A stretch of DNA of 63,877 nucleotides, the filler included, from Octopus bimaculoides (taxonomy: Eukaryota), in NCBI RefSeq assembly GCF_001194135.2. It is 4 parts of 4 records of this genome, joined end to end, with 100 filler letters (N's around TTAATTAATTAA, not from the genome) between each part and the next. Parts side by side here need not be neighbours in the genome. Positions count along the whole stretch, not along the records: positions 32,923 to 51,939 come from NC_068988.1; 3 more parts are not named here. The stretch is one strand, 5' to 3'. The notes below the pieces were generated by a model that saw only the letters and a program-made list of their open reading frames with translations, had not been told where the DNA came from and ran no database searches. Positions 37,866 through 50,945 of the stretch are shown in pieces (position 1 is the first letter of the stretch; every line of letters starts with the position of its first letter). The translations under genes and the position numbers were made by a program.

Positions 37866-38410
37866 CCCCTTCCACAAAAAGCGAAATGGGAACCCTTCCA
37901 ACTTGATCAGCCACAACTTGGGGCAAGGCATGACGGTTAGGCGGTAGGTTATCACAGATGTTAGAAAAACCTGTGCAACCTCCGCCCTCCCTAGCCAAGA
38001 TAACGTCTTGTGACCTTGCTCCAGTCTTTCTCCATCTGTAGATCTGGCCCAAACCAGACTCCGAACAGTTTAACCGGGCCCTCCATCCAACGTCCTACGA
38101 CGCTGTTGGGAGGCATCGACTTGCCTCTCCAGATGCCGAGTTGCAAACCGACTGATCTTTCCTGGTTAACTTTTGCCTGCCACCTCTTTTACTCGAGGTA
38201 ACTGCTCCTCATCAGACACGACGATGGTGACATCATCCTTATACCCGTCGCTCCTCTACCATAACATAGATCACACGGATCATCCCCCGCAGCAGCAGCT
38301 CAAGAGCCACTACATACAGAAGCGCGGATAGGAGGCAGTCCTGTCGGACCGAACGCTCGATCGGGAACGGTTTTGAGGCTCTTTCATTGGTTCGATTGCG
38401 TGAGGAGACT
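37866..38410 (-). mobile_element. Tx1/L1-like ORF2 RT fragment
   Basis: IERSVRQDCLLSALLYVVALE (GVRQGCPLSPLLY-like) ... LTVMPCPKLWLIKLEGFPFRFLWKG. Confidence 0.8.
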
Positions 38411-38704
38411 TTTTTTTTACACATATATGTATGTATATATATCATCGGCAGCAGTTAGTGAATAAGTCAAAAACTGAGAGTTTCGTGTATTTGCACTTAT
38501 CAAACACGAATTTGGCCATTGTCATTCTGTAACTTCTCCCTATTATTATTAATGTGTGTATATATATATATAGAGATAGATAGATAGATGCACACATTCT
38601 CATATATGTTGCTATCAAAAACAGCTCTGGTTATTAAAGAAAGGTTTTGTTAGGGGAGATTTTCAGTTTAAATTTTTCTGTTGTCGAAGATTCATCGTTT
38701 TGTC

Positions 38705-38775
38705 ACTGGACCCGGAAGTTGTTCGCTAACAGCAGCAGTAATTTTCTTCAGCTGAATGTACGTCATTGATTGGTT
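38705..38775. promoter_or_regulatory. Motif cluster between POFUT2 and MRPL13 (candidate promoter)
   Basis: CCGGAAGT (38712-38719), TACGTCA (38759-38765) and ATTGG (38769-38773). Motif match only. Confidence 0.4.
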
Positions 38776-39117
38776 AAAATTACCCAAATACGGCAATTTT
38801 AACACAAAATAACTTCTAAAATACAAAATTTTGTCAAAAACATTAAGAGTAACACATACTACATAACACATACTACCGGTCTCCGAAGTTTCAGAGTGTT
38901 TAGTTGAAAAAAAATAAATAAAAAATCTGTGCATAAGGGACAAGTATTGCGAAAGTTCGCATCTCAAATTTCAGTTTGTGACCATAGACTGAAAGAATGC
39001 TGATACTCCTACAAATCATTTCTACAACGTGATATAAGAGGAAGAGACTTTATAAAAGTTGGAGATAGAATTCCTGTTCAGATCAAAGGAAGTTCAGAGT
39101 TACCTGCCCCTGGCACC

Positions 39118-39147
39118 ATGTCTTCCTCAGCGATGAATCGAGTCTTG
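39118..39147 (+). CDS. MRPL13: Mitochondrial ribosomal protein L13, coding exon 1 (MSSSAMNRVL)
   Basis: CACCATG start; phase-0 donor TTG|GTAAGG joins exon 2 in frame to give ..RVLQWATF. Confidence 0.8.
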
Positions 39148-39360
39148 GTAAGGTTTCCTTCTTATTATTACTGTAATAATGGTTAAAGCTATAAAATTAG
39201 GAATATTTTGGGAAACTACACTTCTTTATGTGTGTACAATATTTGTACTTTGCAAAAACTTGACTAAAAATTATTATAAAACGTTAAAGTTGGGTGTTCA
39301 ATCTTGTGTTTACGACGAGAGATTTGAAAATGTTCACACAAAGATTATTTTAAAGATGTT

Positions 39361-39406
<46 letters not shown>

Positions 39407-41501
39407 TAGATAGATATAGATATACACATATATATATATATATATATTAGATGGTTGTGGAAGCTGAAATATGATAANNNNNNNNNNNNNNNNNNNNNNN
39501 NNNNNNNNNNNNNNNNNNNNNNNNNNNNNNNNNNNNNNNNNNNNNNNNNNNNNNNNNNNNNNNNNNNNNNNNNNNNNNNNNNNNNNNNNNNNNNNNNNNN
39601 NNNNNNTATATAAATCATTTCTTTGAAGTAATTAACTTATTATGAATAAATAATATATAAGTTATAACTGATTTTTCACGAGCCAACAACAGGGTCTACG
39701 TTGTTGATCTCCCTATTAAAAATATAAGAAAATCTCCCTGAAAATTACGTTCTACCGTAGAAAGAACACGTTTGATAATATACTTCTATCTGTGTTTGAA
39801 ATCTGACGGAATTTTTACTTTTGGTACACTTTATAATCGTTTTATTCTATCAAAATTGCTCTGAGTATAAATAACAACGAATATGATTTTCGTCTCGACT
39901 GTTTGGTTATATTGTACGCATTCTATTATTTTTGTTGAGCGTAGGTTTAGAATATAAGTTCCTTTTGGAGATTGTTCACCGACCTGGTTTCGATTCCCAA
40001 TCGATGCTAGTCCGTTAATATACCCTGGAAAGGCATAAGATCACTTTTCCCTCTTCTCTGAAGCCGATACAGTTCGTCTTGTTCGTAAGAATGATAGCAG
40101 GAGGCCAGTTACTTGAGTAATTGATACACGTCGTACCACATAGATGAGATATTGATTCAGTTTAAAATGAAAACATGGGGAGGCCTCTACACAGTCATTT
40201 TGTTTGCTAGAAATAGCAGTTCACTCCCCCTACTGTTTTAAGGCAGGGCAGAGAGAGAAAAAAAAAACAGGATTGTACAGTGATAGTCATGACCGGATTA
40301 CCATTGATCATAGATGTAACCATGGCTACATGCTTAAGAAATCTCTTTAATGCCATTGTGATGAAGGCATGATTGTGGTTAAGAAGCTTGCCTCCTGACC
40401 ATGTGGTCTTGGGTTCGGTCTCATGCTGCAGCATCTTGGACTCTTACCTTTTGCTATAGCCTCAGTCTGACCGGCTGACCAAAACCTGATGAGTGGATTT
40501 TATAGATGAAAACTGAAAGCAGCTCATCATATTCCTTTTGACATAATCTAAAGTCCCTTGGTTACTGGAGTTAATTTCAAGCAATTGTCATACCTATGAT
40601 GGCTATGGGGCTAGGGACATGTGTCCACAACTGTCCACGCATCTCCAGACAATAAGTAGCCTTCTCTTTACCCTTTTTTAATTCCAACCTGTGTGAAACT
40701 GTCCTTGGTTCAATGACACAAACTTCCTGTTTTAAAGTAATCTAAATTAAAACTTCCCATTAAAATCTTCTGTTAATTTATGTTTCAAACACCAGATTAT
40801 TAACAAGAAAGTTATTTTACTAAATTCTTCATTATTTTCAAAAGTAATTGAAACAGGCAGTTTTGTCTCCTGAAAAATAGAGCAAGAAAAGGGTTAATGG
40901 TTTGTCATTATTGGAGAGATCTTGTAGCTTGAGATTATCTCTCTTTCTCAAGTGGCAATGGACTTCGTTGTCATTTACTAATTATGATGCATTGTCTACT
41001 GCAGTCATGGGTAACCAGTGTCCTGTAGGACTTTTTGAATGGCAAGCCTGATGCAAAGCTACCTTGACTATTCAATTTTGTTACTCTAATTATTATATGT
41101 AGGCCATATTTCCTGATGGTGGCAAAAGTATACTTCCAAAGTTACCCCTGTTTTTTCAGGGCTAGAGTGATGGATAACACTTAAGTATGAACAATAAATT
41201 ACTTAGATTAATTGCACAGATTAGCAGAAATGAATTTTTTGTCATATAATCTATGTCACCATCATCATCATCATCATCATTTTAACATCCAGATTTCCAT
41301 GCTTGCTTGCATCTGACAGAATTAGCTGCCATATGATGGATAACACTCTTATAATCTTTTATCTTTGTCTTTTTTCAATCATTAGACTGTGGCCATGCTG
41401 GGGCACCACCTTGAAGAATTTTATTGAAAGAATTGACTCCCAGAACTTTTCTTTTCAAGCCTGGTACTCTCTTTTATGTTATTTTTTTGTTTTCTTTTCA
41501 G

Positions 41502-41625
41502 CAATGGGCAACGTTCCATCGAACCTGGTGGATATACGATGCTTCTCACCAATGTCCATTCAAGTCTGCACACATGCTGGCCTATGTTTTACAAGGTAGA
41601 CACAAACCGATATATCATCCCTTAA
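41502..41625 (+). CDS. MRPL13: MRPL13 coding exon 2
   Basis: Pyrimidine tract-CAG acceptor; QWATFHRTWWIYDASHQCPFKSAHMLAYVLQGRHKPIYHPL; A|GTAAGT donor; 124 nt. Confidence 0.93.
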
Positions 41626-42181
41626 GTAAGTACTTGAAATGTCATTTATATATGTAAAAACACACACATATGTGTATGTGTGTGTATATATGCCCAAATG
41701 AATTTTGGTTGTCGTAAATCAATAATAATTCATTCCAAATTATGGATTTCTTTAATCATACTTACTGTGATTGAGAAGACCTGGCAAGTAAAGTGGGATC
41801 ACAGCCGTAGCCTACACCAGTGTCGCATAACCAGCCCATTTAAAAAGTACGTTTGAATCATCGGGCGACATACCATTCTTGAAGGGACCTACTGAGTCAA
41901 GTACAATCAAAATTAAATCAAATGGAAATTGTAGTTGTGGCTGGTGCCAGTGCTGGTGGCACGCAATAACCACCATTTATGCATGGGTTGTTCCCAGTGC
42001 CACCTGACTATCTCCCCTGTGCTAGTGGCACATAAAAAGCACCATCGAAATGTGGTCGATGCCAGCACCCCCGCTCCGACTGGCCCCTGTGCCAGTAGCA
42101 CATAAAAAGTACCATCCGACTTCGTTGAAATAGTCCTTCCCGCAAAGAGAAGTTTATGTTTGTTTTCTGTCTGTTTTCCAG

Positions 42182-42275
42182 GTGACATTGGTGACCATGT
42201 TGTTGTGATTAATACAAAACATATAAGCATGAAAAACGAATTATGGAGAACTTGGAAATACCATCATCACACAAG
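42182..42275 (+). CDS. MRPL13: MRPL13 coding exon 3 (gene incomplete in window)
   Basis: TTTTCCAG acceptor; (S)DIGDHVVVINTKHISMKNELWRTWKYHHHT; AG|GTGAGT donor; 94 nt; phase matches exon 2. Confidence 0.93.
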
Positions 42276-42849
42276 GTGAGTGCTCCATTGAGTATCATTT
42301 TGCATGTTTTCCATGGATTTTGGGGTCTCCAGAATAAATAGCTGCGGATCTTTTTTCTGTTGCAACAATCAAATGGCGCAAAGGCATTTTTTTTGTTTTT
42401 TAGGATGCTTGGTCAGATTAGAACCGAGAATGATGGTTTTCGTAGGATTGTATGACTAAGAACGGAAATAAATGGAGGTGTTTACTGTGACACAGAGCCA
42501 CTGATGATCGTGGGGCTAAGAAGTTTGCTTTGCAACCATGTCATTTTGAGTTCACTTCCACTGCACAGCACCTTGTCTACTAAAGCCTCCAGGCTAACCA
42601 TAGTCTTGTGAGCGAATTTGAAAGATGGAAACTTGGTGGAAGCCCATTTGGCAGTAACATATGACAAATGAATGTCTTTATGGAAACCTGCTGAAAGTTA
42701 ATGAGAAGATCAGGCTGCGACTATCTGGTCACTGCGTGCCCCACCCCGTACGGGAAACATCCAAATTAATCTTGTGGAACCCAAGATTAGTTAAGATTTT
42801 GATTTTGTAAATTTTGAGAATAAATTTTCAACTCATTGATTTAAAAGAC

Positions 42850-43480
42850 TTGAACTACATCATCATCATTATCATCATCATCACCATTTTAACGTCTGTT
42901 GTCCATGCTGGCATGAGTTGGGACGGTTTGACCAGAGTTGGTCAGCTGGGTTACTGCATCAGACTCCAGTCTGATTTAGCACTCTACAGGCGGTTCTATG
43001 TAGCACTGCACAGGCCCTTTTATGTGGCATCACCACGAGTACTTTACACCATCAGAAGGACCAGTCTTAATACTTCTGCTGTGGGATACAGGGTCTTCTT
43101 CAATACAGCAAGGCACCAGGAATCTCAGTCTTTTGTTATCTCACCTGAAAGGTTCAGCATCCTGAGGTCTTTCTGCAGCACTTCACCCCATGCCTTCCTG
43201 GGTCTTCCACTTCCACATGTTCCATCTTCGAGAGATTGGCTCTTCTTTATGGTGCTGTCAGCATCCATCCGCATCACCTGTCCCGACCAGCGCAGTCTTC
43301 ACACAGCAACCAATTCCTTTTATGCCTAACTTCTCTCCCAATATGCTAACACTCTGTCGAACGTGTACACTTACACTTCACGTCCAGCAGACCATACTAG
43401 CCCCGTTCCTTTCTAACTATCACATGTCCCCTGCATTCAGGGATCATGTCTCATCACCTCGTGGAATTGCTCTCTTCCTC
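42850..43480 (-). mobile_element. RTE-type LINE 3' end with (ATG)n tail
   Basis: Degenerate C-terminal RT-like residues; 3' UTR ...CATGCCAGCATGGACAACAGACGTTAAAATGGTGATGATG. Confidence 0.6.
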
Positions 43481-44534
43481 CATAATTACTGGTAGAGGTA
43501 GACTGTGTTCTTGGAAGCGAAGTACAGGAACATGATGTACTGCTGGCTACTAATGATAAAGAAAAAAACGGAATTATTAGCTTTTGTCTTTATGCAGCAG
43601 TTTTCAAATTTTTTTGAGAGATTTTTCGGTTTGATAGCAACCGATCCGATTTTGTTTTTGAAAAATTGTTGTGGTTTGGCATAGTTTTAATTTTTGGTAA
43701 TTACGAAAACCGTAATAATTTTTTGAGAAATTAATAACAAAATGTTTACGTACTTTAAATATTGACTTAGTAACGCACAGTCAATCAAACAAAATGCTAC
43801 CGCTGTGGAAATTTAATATCAAATAAACTGTTTTAAAATTTCGAAGAGAAAATAAACTGTTGTGTATTTTGCTTTATTAAACGTAATTAGATAGAATAGC
43901 GTGATGAATAACATGTTATGTTTTTGAGAAACCTTGAATTATATTATTCAATTTGATGTTGATGAAATGTTTTCTTAAAAAAGACAAGATACTTAAAAGC
44001 TCTATAATTTCATTTGTTCATTTAGAACTCTTCTAATACGGAATTAAAGAGAAACAAACAGGCTCGAATTTAAAATTTTTCTTACATTTTTTTTAGATAG
44101 AATTTTAGAAGGGGATGATTGTCACAGAAAGTGAAAGATATTAAAAGTATGGTCCAAGGGAGATTATTCCACCATCCTCGCTCTGTAATTATCTCCCTTA
44201 TATCGTTGTTGAATATATTTCTACCTCGGTCTTACATTTCTATTCTCACAAAACGTGGAGACATATCTACAGAAGTCGTAATCTCTGTAACACTTGCATG
44301 TCAGTGTTTTCGTAACTTCCTTCTGAACTGTCCTCTTTGACCTTCCAAACATGGCCTTCCAAACCTCTTCTTCTCTCAGCAATGCCATTCATCAATCTAT
44401 GTTCTTCGTGCTTTGATGACAAATACCAGAAACTGAGATTTTTCTCAATTAGGCTTTCTTTCTGCATTAATTAACTGTTAGGCAAATTCAGTGATTTTGC
44501 TAATGGCTTTCATCATCGTACTTTATCAAATTAA

Positions 44535-44754
44535 CCCTTTAGCATTGAAACTGACCACATCCATCCCAAAATTTTCTACAAGTTTTATGTTCAAATTTGG
44601 TCAGATCTGACCTTTCACACTTACACTACAATATCATTCTAAAAATACACAATCATATCATCAAAATCTCAAAGCTATGAGATAAAATGATTAATTTGAA
44701 TCAATGTGAATGAATAAGAGTTACATTTAACAAACTAATCTGAATGCTGAAGGG
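44535..44754. mobile_element. piggyBac-like MITE
   Basis: TTAA-CCCTTTAGCATT ... AATGCTGAAGGG-TTAG. Confidence 0.55.
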
Positions 44755-45236
44755 TTAGAGTTACAATTAATCCAAAATTACAATTAAATTCATATCATCA
44801 TCATCATCATCATCATGTGGTTGAGCTTGCTTGGATATTTTTAATCCATGGATACCATCCATCTCNNNNNNNNNNNNNNNNNNNNNNNNNNNNNNNNNNN
44901 NNNNNNNNNNNNNNNNNNNNNNNNNNNNNNNNNNNNNNNNNNNNNNNNNNNNNNNNNNNNNNNNNNNNNNNNNNNNNNNNNNNNNNNNNNNNNNNNNNNN
45001 NNNNNNNNNNNNNNNNNNNNNNNNNNNNNNNNNNNNNNNNNNNNNNNNNNNNNNNNNNNNNNNNNNNNNNNNNNNNNNNNNNNNNNNNNNNNNNNNNNNN
45101 NNNNNNNNNNNNNNNNNNNNNNNNNNNNNNNNNNNNNNNNNNNNNNNNNNNNNNNNNNNNNNNNNNNNNNNNNNNNNNNNNNNNNNNNNNNNNNNNNNNN
45201 NNNNNNNNNNNNNNNNNNNNNNNNNNNNNNNNNNNN

Positions 45237-45600
45237 TCTGTCACAAAAATCAAATTCCACCCAATTACTTCAGAGTCTAGAATTAGCTGCAAATGGTTTT
45301 GGATTACTTGTTGATCCTAGTAAAACCAAATTCATTTCTCACAATCAAAAAGGATCAATCACCAACTTCAGCAGAGACCCCCATCAATGAAGTTGATGAT
45401 TTCATGTACCTCGGTTCTGAAATAGCCTCATCTGAAAAAGATTTTAAAACTCAGATAGCCCCAGCATGGTCGGCCCTAAACAAACTGGATGTTGTCTGGA
45501 AATCTGAAGAAGAATTCTTTCCATGCAGCAATAGAGTCAGTCCTTTTATATGGAGAAACAACCTGGATGCTTATCAAAAAATTGGAATCTAAGTAAGATG
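45237..45600 (+). mobile_element. RTE-like RT fragment
   Basis: LELAANGFGLLVDPSKTKFI..EVDDFMYLGSEI..AWSALNKLDVVWKS. Confidence 0.75.
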
Positions 45601-45864
45601 GAACTCACACCCAACCGTTCATATCTGTCTCTGCAAAGAAGAGAAAACGTATCTGACTAAAAACAGAAACATTGGTGGGTGGCTTAAAACTTCTTGTAAG
45701 TCACTGTACATGAGAACCCACACATTCACACGGACAGCAATGTTGATGTTTATTTATTGTTTGGTGACAGATACAATTAGACGGTTATTGCTTTATAACT
45801 GAAACTGTGTTTGTGTATTTTGTAAATTAATAGTTTAAAGCCGCAAGAGTTTTAAACCTGATAT

Positions 45865-46192
45865 CTGTCTGTCTGTCTGTCTCTGTCTGTATATCTGTCT
45901 GTCTGCCTGTCTGTCTGCCTGTCTGTCTGCCTGTCTATGTGTCTGTCTGTCTATGTGTCCGTCTGTCTATCTGTCTGCATGTCTATGTGTCTGTCTGTCT
46001 GTCTTTCTGTCTGTGTATCTATCTCTCTGTCTCTCTGTCTATCTATGTGTCTCTCTATCTCTCTGTCTATCTGTCTGTCTCTGTATCTATCTATCTGTCT
46101 ATCTGTCTATTCATCTGTCTATCTATACATCCATCTATCCATCTGTCTGTCTCTCTGTCCATCTGTATAGCTATCTATCTATCTATCCGTCT
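45865..46192. repeat. Degenerate (TCTG)n/(TCTA)n tract
   Basis: Direct reading. Confidence 0.9.
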
Positions 46193-47460
46193 ATTCCGAT
46201 GGTCAGGTGATCCGTTTGCTGCCAACTCCTGTTAAAAGGAGTGCTGGGCATGCTGTGGTTGATGATGCACAGACAGGCGCTGAGACTGTGATATCTCCGA
46301 CTCTATGTAGACGATGGTGAACAGGTCTGGTCGCCGTTTGTGAGGCGTGCTTTCCCGCAGCTTGTCTCCATGACTGAACTGCAGTCGTGGATCAAAAAGA
46401 GGCCGAGGAATGACGAATGGTACAGCGAGTGTGGCGTTGCTCTCGAGCAACTCTGCTGTCCTGGGTCGACCTTGAGCGACTGCAACACAACCAAAGCTTA
46501 CTATAGGGGATTAGTGGAAGGGAGGTACGACAATGATCTCGGGGTGAACCTGGGCGTTGACAAGGAATACCTGACCCGCCTGTTCAAGACGACTTTCAGG
46601 CCGGGACTTATGGACAACTTCCAGAGATCCCTGGTCTGGCAGTGCTATCGAGAAGTGCTACCTGTTTTGGATAAGCTCTACAGACATGGTTTGAGAAACA
46701 CGAGGGCCAACCTGCCCGAGATGCGGTCAGAGTGACGAAACCGTTCTGCACGCACTCATGCAGTGTCCAACCATTTCCGACCTGTGGGCTTATGTCGAAC
46801 GACTGCTGTCGCGTGTGGGACGAGTCGGTTTATCAGCCAAGTCTATCATCAATATCATCACGCCTCCTTCCTTCAAATGCAAAGGAAGAGCTGTTTTTAT
46901 TGTACTTTTGGCTATGGCGAAAGAATGTGTCTGGTGGACGCGTCTGAAAGGATTAGAGACAAACGCTTTCCTCTCTGGTCACTCTCTCATCAACTTCTTC
47001 AAGTATGACTTGAAAAGGAAGGTGAGAGTAGAGAGGGAAGTTTTGTCTAGTGAATGCTTCAAAAAATGATGGGTGAATGTAGCAAGGATGGCAGGTGTGA
47101 ATGACCGAGCCACCTTGAGCATAATCCTATGAACCAGAAAAAGAAAGGAAAAAAGAGAGTCGCTTACTGTAATGTGTTTTTTTTTTTGCATGACATTATT
47201 GCCCGAGGTTACCGTGGTCTTTTCCGTAGGCTTTTCTTTCCACGGATAAACCTAATCTGTTTTCCATTTTTACATTATGACATTTCTGTGATACACGATC
47301 CCTATTAATCGCCCTTTTTTTTTTCCACGATCCTTTTTGATCGAAATTCTACCCCCCTTTTTTCTTTTTTTCTTCTTCCCAAAAAGAAAAGAAGAAAAGC
47401 TCTACTTTTCTATTTTGTCCCCTCTGTGTTCAGCCCTGTGTGGCCAATAAAGAAACATAT
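46193..47460 (+). mobile_element. Tx1/L1-like LINE 3' portion (post-RT, zinc finger, 3' UTR)
   Basis: IPMVR*SVCCQ..KGVLGMLW; MDNFQRSLVWQCYR; DETVLHALMQCP; 3' UTR ending AATAAAGAAAC before (ATCT)n. Confidence 0.85.
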
Positions 47461-47542
47461 CTATCTATCTATCTGTCTGTCTGTGTTGACATATTTGTTT
47501 AGACAACTTTCTGTCTGTATATTTGTCTCTCTCCCTCTTTGT

Positions 47543-47573
<31 letters not shown>

Positions 47574-48431
47574 GCTGTGTGTGCTATAGACAGAAGAGTA
47601 TGTAAACAGAGAGGGGGAGAAACAGATAAATAAATGGGAGACGGGGACACACATACATGTAAATAGACAAATAGATAGGAAGATAAAGTAGATAGATATA
47701 TAGCTTCATAAATATTGTGTGTTACAAGAAATATGCTTATGTATCCATGACATCAAACTATAACAAAATGAATGTGCTTGAGTGAGAATATGTGTACATG
47801 TGTGTTCGTGTATAGAAGTGTGTGTGTGTGTGTGTGCATATATAAAACGATCTGTTTTTCCCTTTTATATCAATTTGTATTTTTCAATTAATTGGTTTTC
47901 CATACTATAACTGGTCCCTTATAAATATTTGGTGTCATAAACACCCTGTCTCATATGTCATAAACCAGTCATGTGATCACCACATAAAGTCAGTCGTAAT
48001 ACAGCTTAACCTCAGCAAATAATAAACTGAGAGGAAAAGCAAAAACAAGAAATAGGAGTATTACACAGTGTAGTTCTCCACACAGATTATGTGTTCGTTT
48101 GAATGTTGCCAAGATTTTCCTAAACCCTATAAGTACTTCCCCATCGGCCATAGGTATCATAATAGTTTCACTTAGCCCAAAACACTTTATTGTTTCTATA
48201 ACCAGTAGAAGCAGGGAACCGTTTTTCCTGTACAGATTTCTCTCCTCTCTGTAATTGCAACAACCCTAATAAATGTGCTTTTAGTGGTGGTACTTGTTTC
48301 TCAAAAGCATTAGTTTACTGAGTCCTGTCTTGCAAACAACTATATTTCCATCCCTGTTAAATGAAGCCATCTCTCAGATGTCACTGTGGAGGTCATTTGG
48401 AATGTCTGAACATGCAAACATGCATCTACAC

Positions 48432-48598
48432 CAGTGCTCTGCAACCGGTGTGCCATGAGACGATGCTAGGTGTGCCACAGTGTAACCTGAGTATAATTTT
48501 TCCCCCTATACTCTTAGTTATGTTTTTAGTTCAGGTGTGCAGCTGAATTTTGAAAATGTACCACAGGTGAAAACAAAAGAAAATGTTGTGGAACACTG
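48432..48598. mobile_element. hAT MITE
   Basis: CAGTGCTCTGCAAC ... GTTGTGGAACACTG; exact 8-bp duplication ATCTACAC (48424-48431, 48599-48606). Confidence 0.8.
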
Positions 48599-48879
48599 AT
48601 CTACACCCACGCCTTCCTGAAGTTCCTAAAACCAAAATTTTAGCAAAACTTTTCTAGAATCAAGACACAACAAAACAATAAAGATGGCAGTTGTTTGGAG
48701 TGGAAAATAATGAGTTGTTTAATAAAATGTAAAAATGTGTTGGTAATGGTTTTGCTAGTTTTTAGCAGGATTTACATTGCGTTAAACCATCTTTGCCTTG
48801 TTTGTTTGTAAAAGTAGAATGGAGAAAATTGAGACTTAGTGACAAGATTTAGTTGTTTTTATAAATGTGTGTACGCATG

Positions 48880-49546
48880 TGTGTGTGGGGGGGGAGGGGT
48901 AAAGAGGGGGGAGGGTCGTGGGTAGAGGCACCATTGTTTGGTGGAAGACCTTGAAGTAAGGTTGCTGAATCATCGACTCTGCGAGATGAAGGCAGATGTT
49001 TTGTTTTTTTCTTCTTTGTGGCTGAGTGGCATGAGGGATTATTGTAAAAGATGCCAAGATACATGTGTGCACGTACATGTGTAAATACATGTGTATGTAT
49101 GTGTGTGTATGTATGTATGTATATGTGTGTATGTATGTGTGTATGTATGTATGTGTGTGTATGTATGTGTATGTATGTATGTGTGTATGTATGTGTGTGT
49201 GTATATATATGTATGCATGTATGTATATATGTATGCATGTGTGTGTAGATATGTATGCATGTGTGTGTATGTGTATATGTATGTGTGTGTATGTATATAC
49301 ATGTGTGCATGTATATACGTATGTGTGTGTATGTATATATGTATGTGCATGTGTGTATGTATATGTGTGTATGTATATATATATTTGTGTGTGCATATGT
49401 ATATATGTATCTATGTATATGTGCGTATATGCGTGTGTATGTATATATGTATGTGTTTATATGTGTTTGTATATATATGTGTATGTGTTTATATATGTGT
49501 GTGTGTGTGCATATATATTTCTATATGTGTGTTTATGTATTTCATG

Positions 49547-49584
<38 letters not shown>

Positions 49585-49590
49585 CACATA
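48880..49590. repeat. Long degenerate TG/TA microsatellite region
   Basis: Direct reading; produces many spurious ORFs. Confidence 0.9.
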
Positions 49591-50444
49591 TTTATAATTA
49601 TAGCTACATGTCCTCTGATATTTCAGGTATTTTCTGTTTGGTCCCCCTCCATCCCTTGTCTATCCCCCCCCCCTTTTGTTTTTCATTTAAATTTCTTCCA
49701 AGAAATCTGCAGCTACACAAAAGAGAAAGAGAAAGAGAAAAAAAAAGACCCACTCAGTGAAAGAGTTATTATTTTAACATCATTAAAGTATCGTCAACAT
49801 CATATCATTTCAACTGTGGCAGCTGATTAGACAAAAATTTATCTCTGAATATCTTGTTGTTGTTATTGTTGTAACATTTATTTTTGTCAGCTTCTTACGA
49901 TTGCATTTGTAGCAGTTTTGAAAGGAAACACGCACATATGCAAGAGACTATGAAATTCTGGTTTTTATGGGATAAAATTCCAGTTTTAAAGTGATTTAGA
50001 TTAAAACTTTCCCCCAAAATTTCATGCTAATCCTTTCGGCCCGGCTGGTTCATATTTGTATCAGTTAAACATTTTATAACCCAAATCTTAAAAATTCCCA
50101 TTCTATGTGATTGCAGTATAGTACCACTCCGGTTTCCCTGGTATGTAGCACTAGATGTATGACCGGAAGGCTTGCATGCATACAAACCTTGCTGCCTTTA
50201 CTGACTTTTGAAAAAATTCCAGGTTGAAAGGGTTAATTCCAAGCACCAGCTTAATTATGACTAACTTATTTGATTAAATTCTTTATCATTTTCAAAATTT
50301 ATTGGAACATAATCAATGAATTTCAACAGAAATGTGGTGACAAAAAGGTCAGTGACCAAAACTAAAACCTTTTCATTAAAATTTCATGTTAATTTATGTT
50401 AATTTATGTTGCAGCATCAGTTTGGTATTTCTTTCTAATTTTGG

Positions 50445-50945
50445 ACCAAGGCCTGCAATTCAAAGGGGAGGAGGCCAGTTGATTAGATCGACACCACTAC
50501 TCAACTGGTCCTTATTTTATTGATCCTGAAAGGATGAAAGCCGAGGCTGACCTCAGCAGAATTTGAACTCAGAACATAGCGACATCCAGCATCCTAACGA
50601 TTCTTTTCTACTCTAGGCACAAGGCCTGAAATTTTNNNNNNNNNNNNNNNNNNNNNNNNNNNNNNNNNNNNNNNNNNNNNNNNNNNNNNNNNNNNNNNNN
50701 ATGTTAATTTATGTTGCAGCATCAGTTTGGTATTTCTTTCTAATTTTGGACCAAGGCCTGCAATTCAAAGGGGAGGAGGCCAGTTGATTAGATCGACACC
50801 ACTACTCAACTGGTCCTTATTTTATTGATCCTGAAAGGATGAAAGCCGAGGCTGACCTCAGCAGAATTTGAACTCGGAACGTAAAGATAGACGAAATACC
50901 GCAAAGCATTTCGCCCGGCGTGCTAACGGTTCTGCCAGCTCACTG
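50445..50945 (-). mobile_element. SINE copies flanking an assembly gap
   Basis: Same family as 7085-7262; 5' end GAGCTGGCAGAACCGTTAGCACGCCGGGCG on the minus strand near 50940. Confidence 0.75.

Noticed and set aside
38692-38967. 91-aa minus-strand ORF between POFUT2 and MRPL13
   Set aside because: No recognisable motif; AT-rich composition; overlaps the probable promoter region.
49865-49900. TTA CGA TTG CAT TTG (LRLHL) as a possible later MRPL13 exon
   Set aside because: Immediately followed by TAG and lacks the rest of the expected exon; chance match.
50391-50880. ~180-bp direct duplication on both sides of the gap at 50636-50700
   Set aside because: Near-identical sequence flanking a gap is most simply uncollapsed haplotypes or contig overlap.
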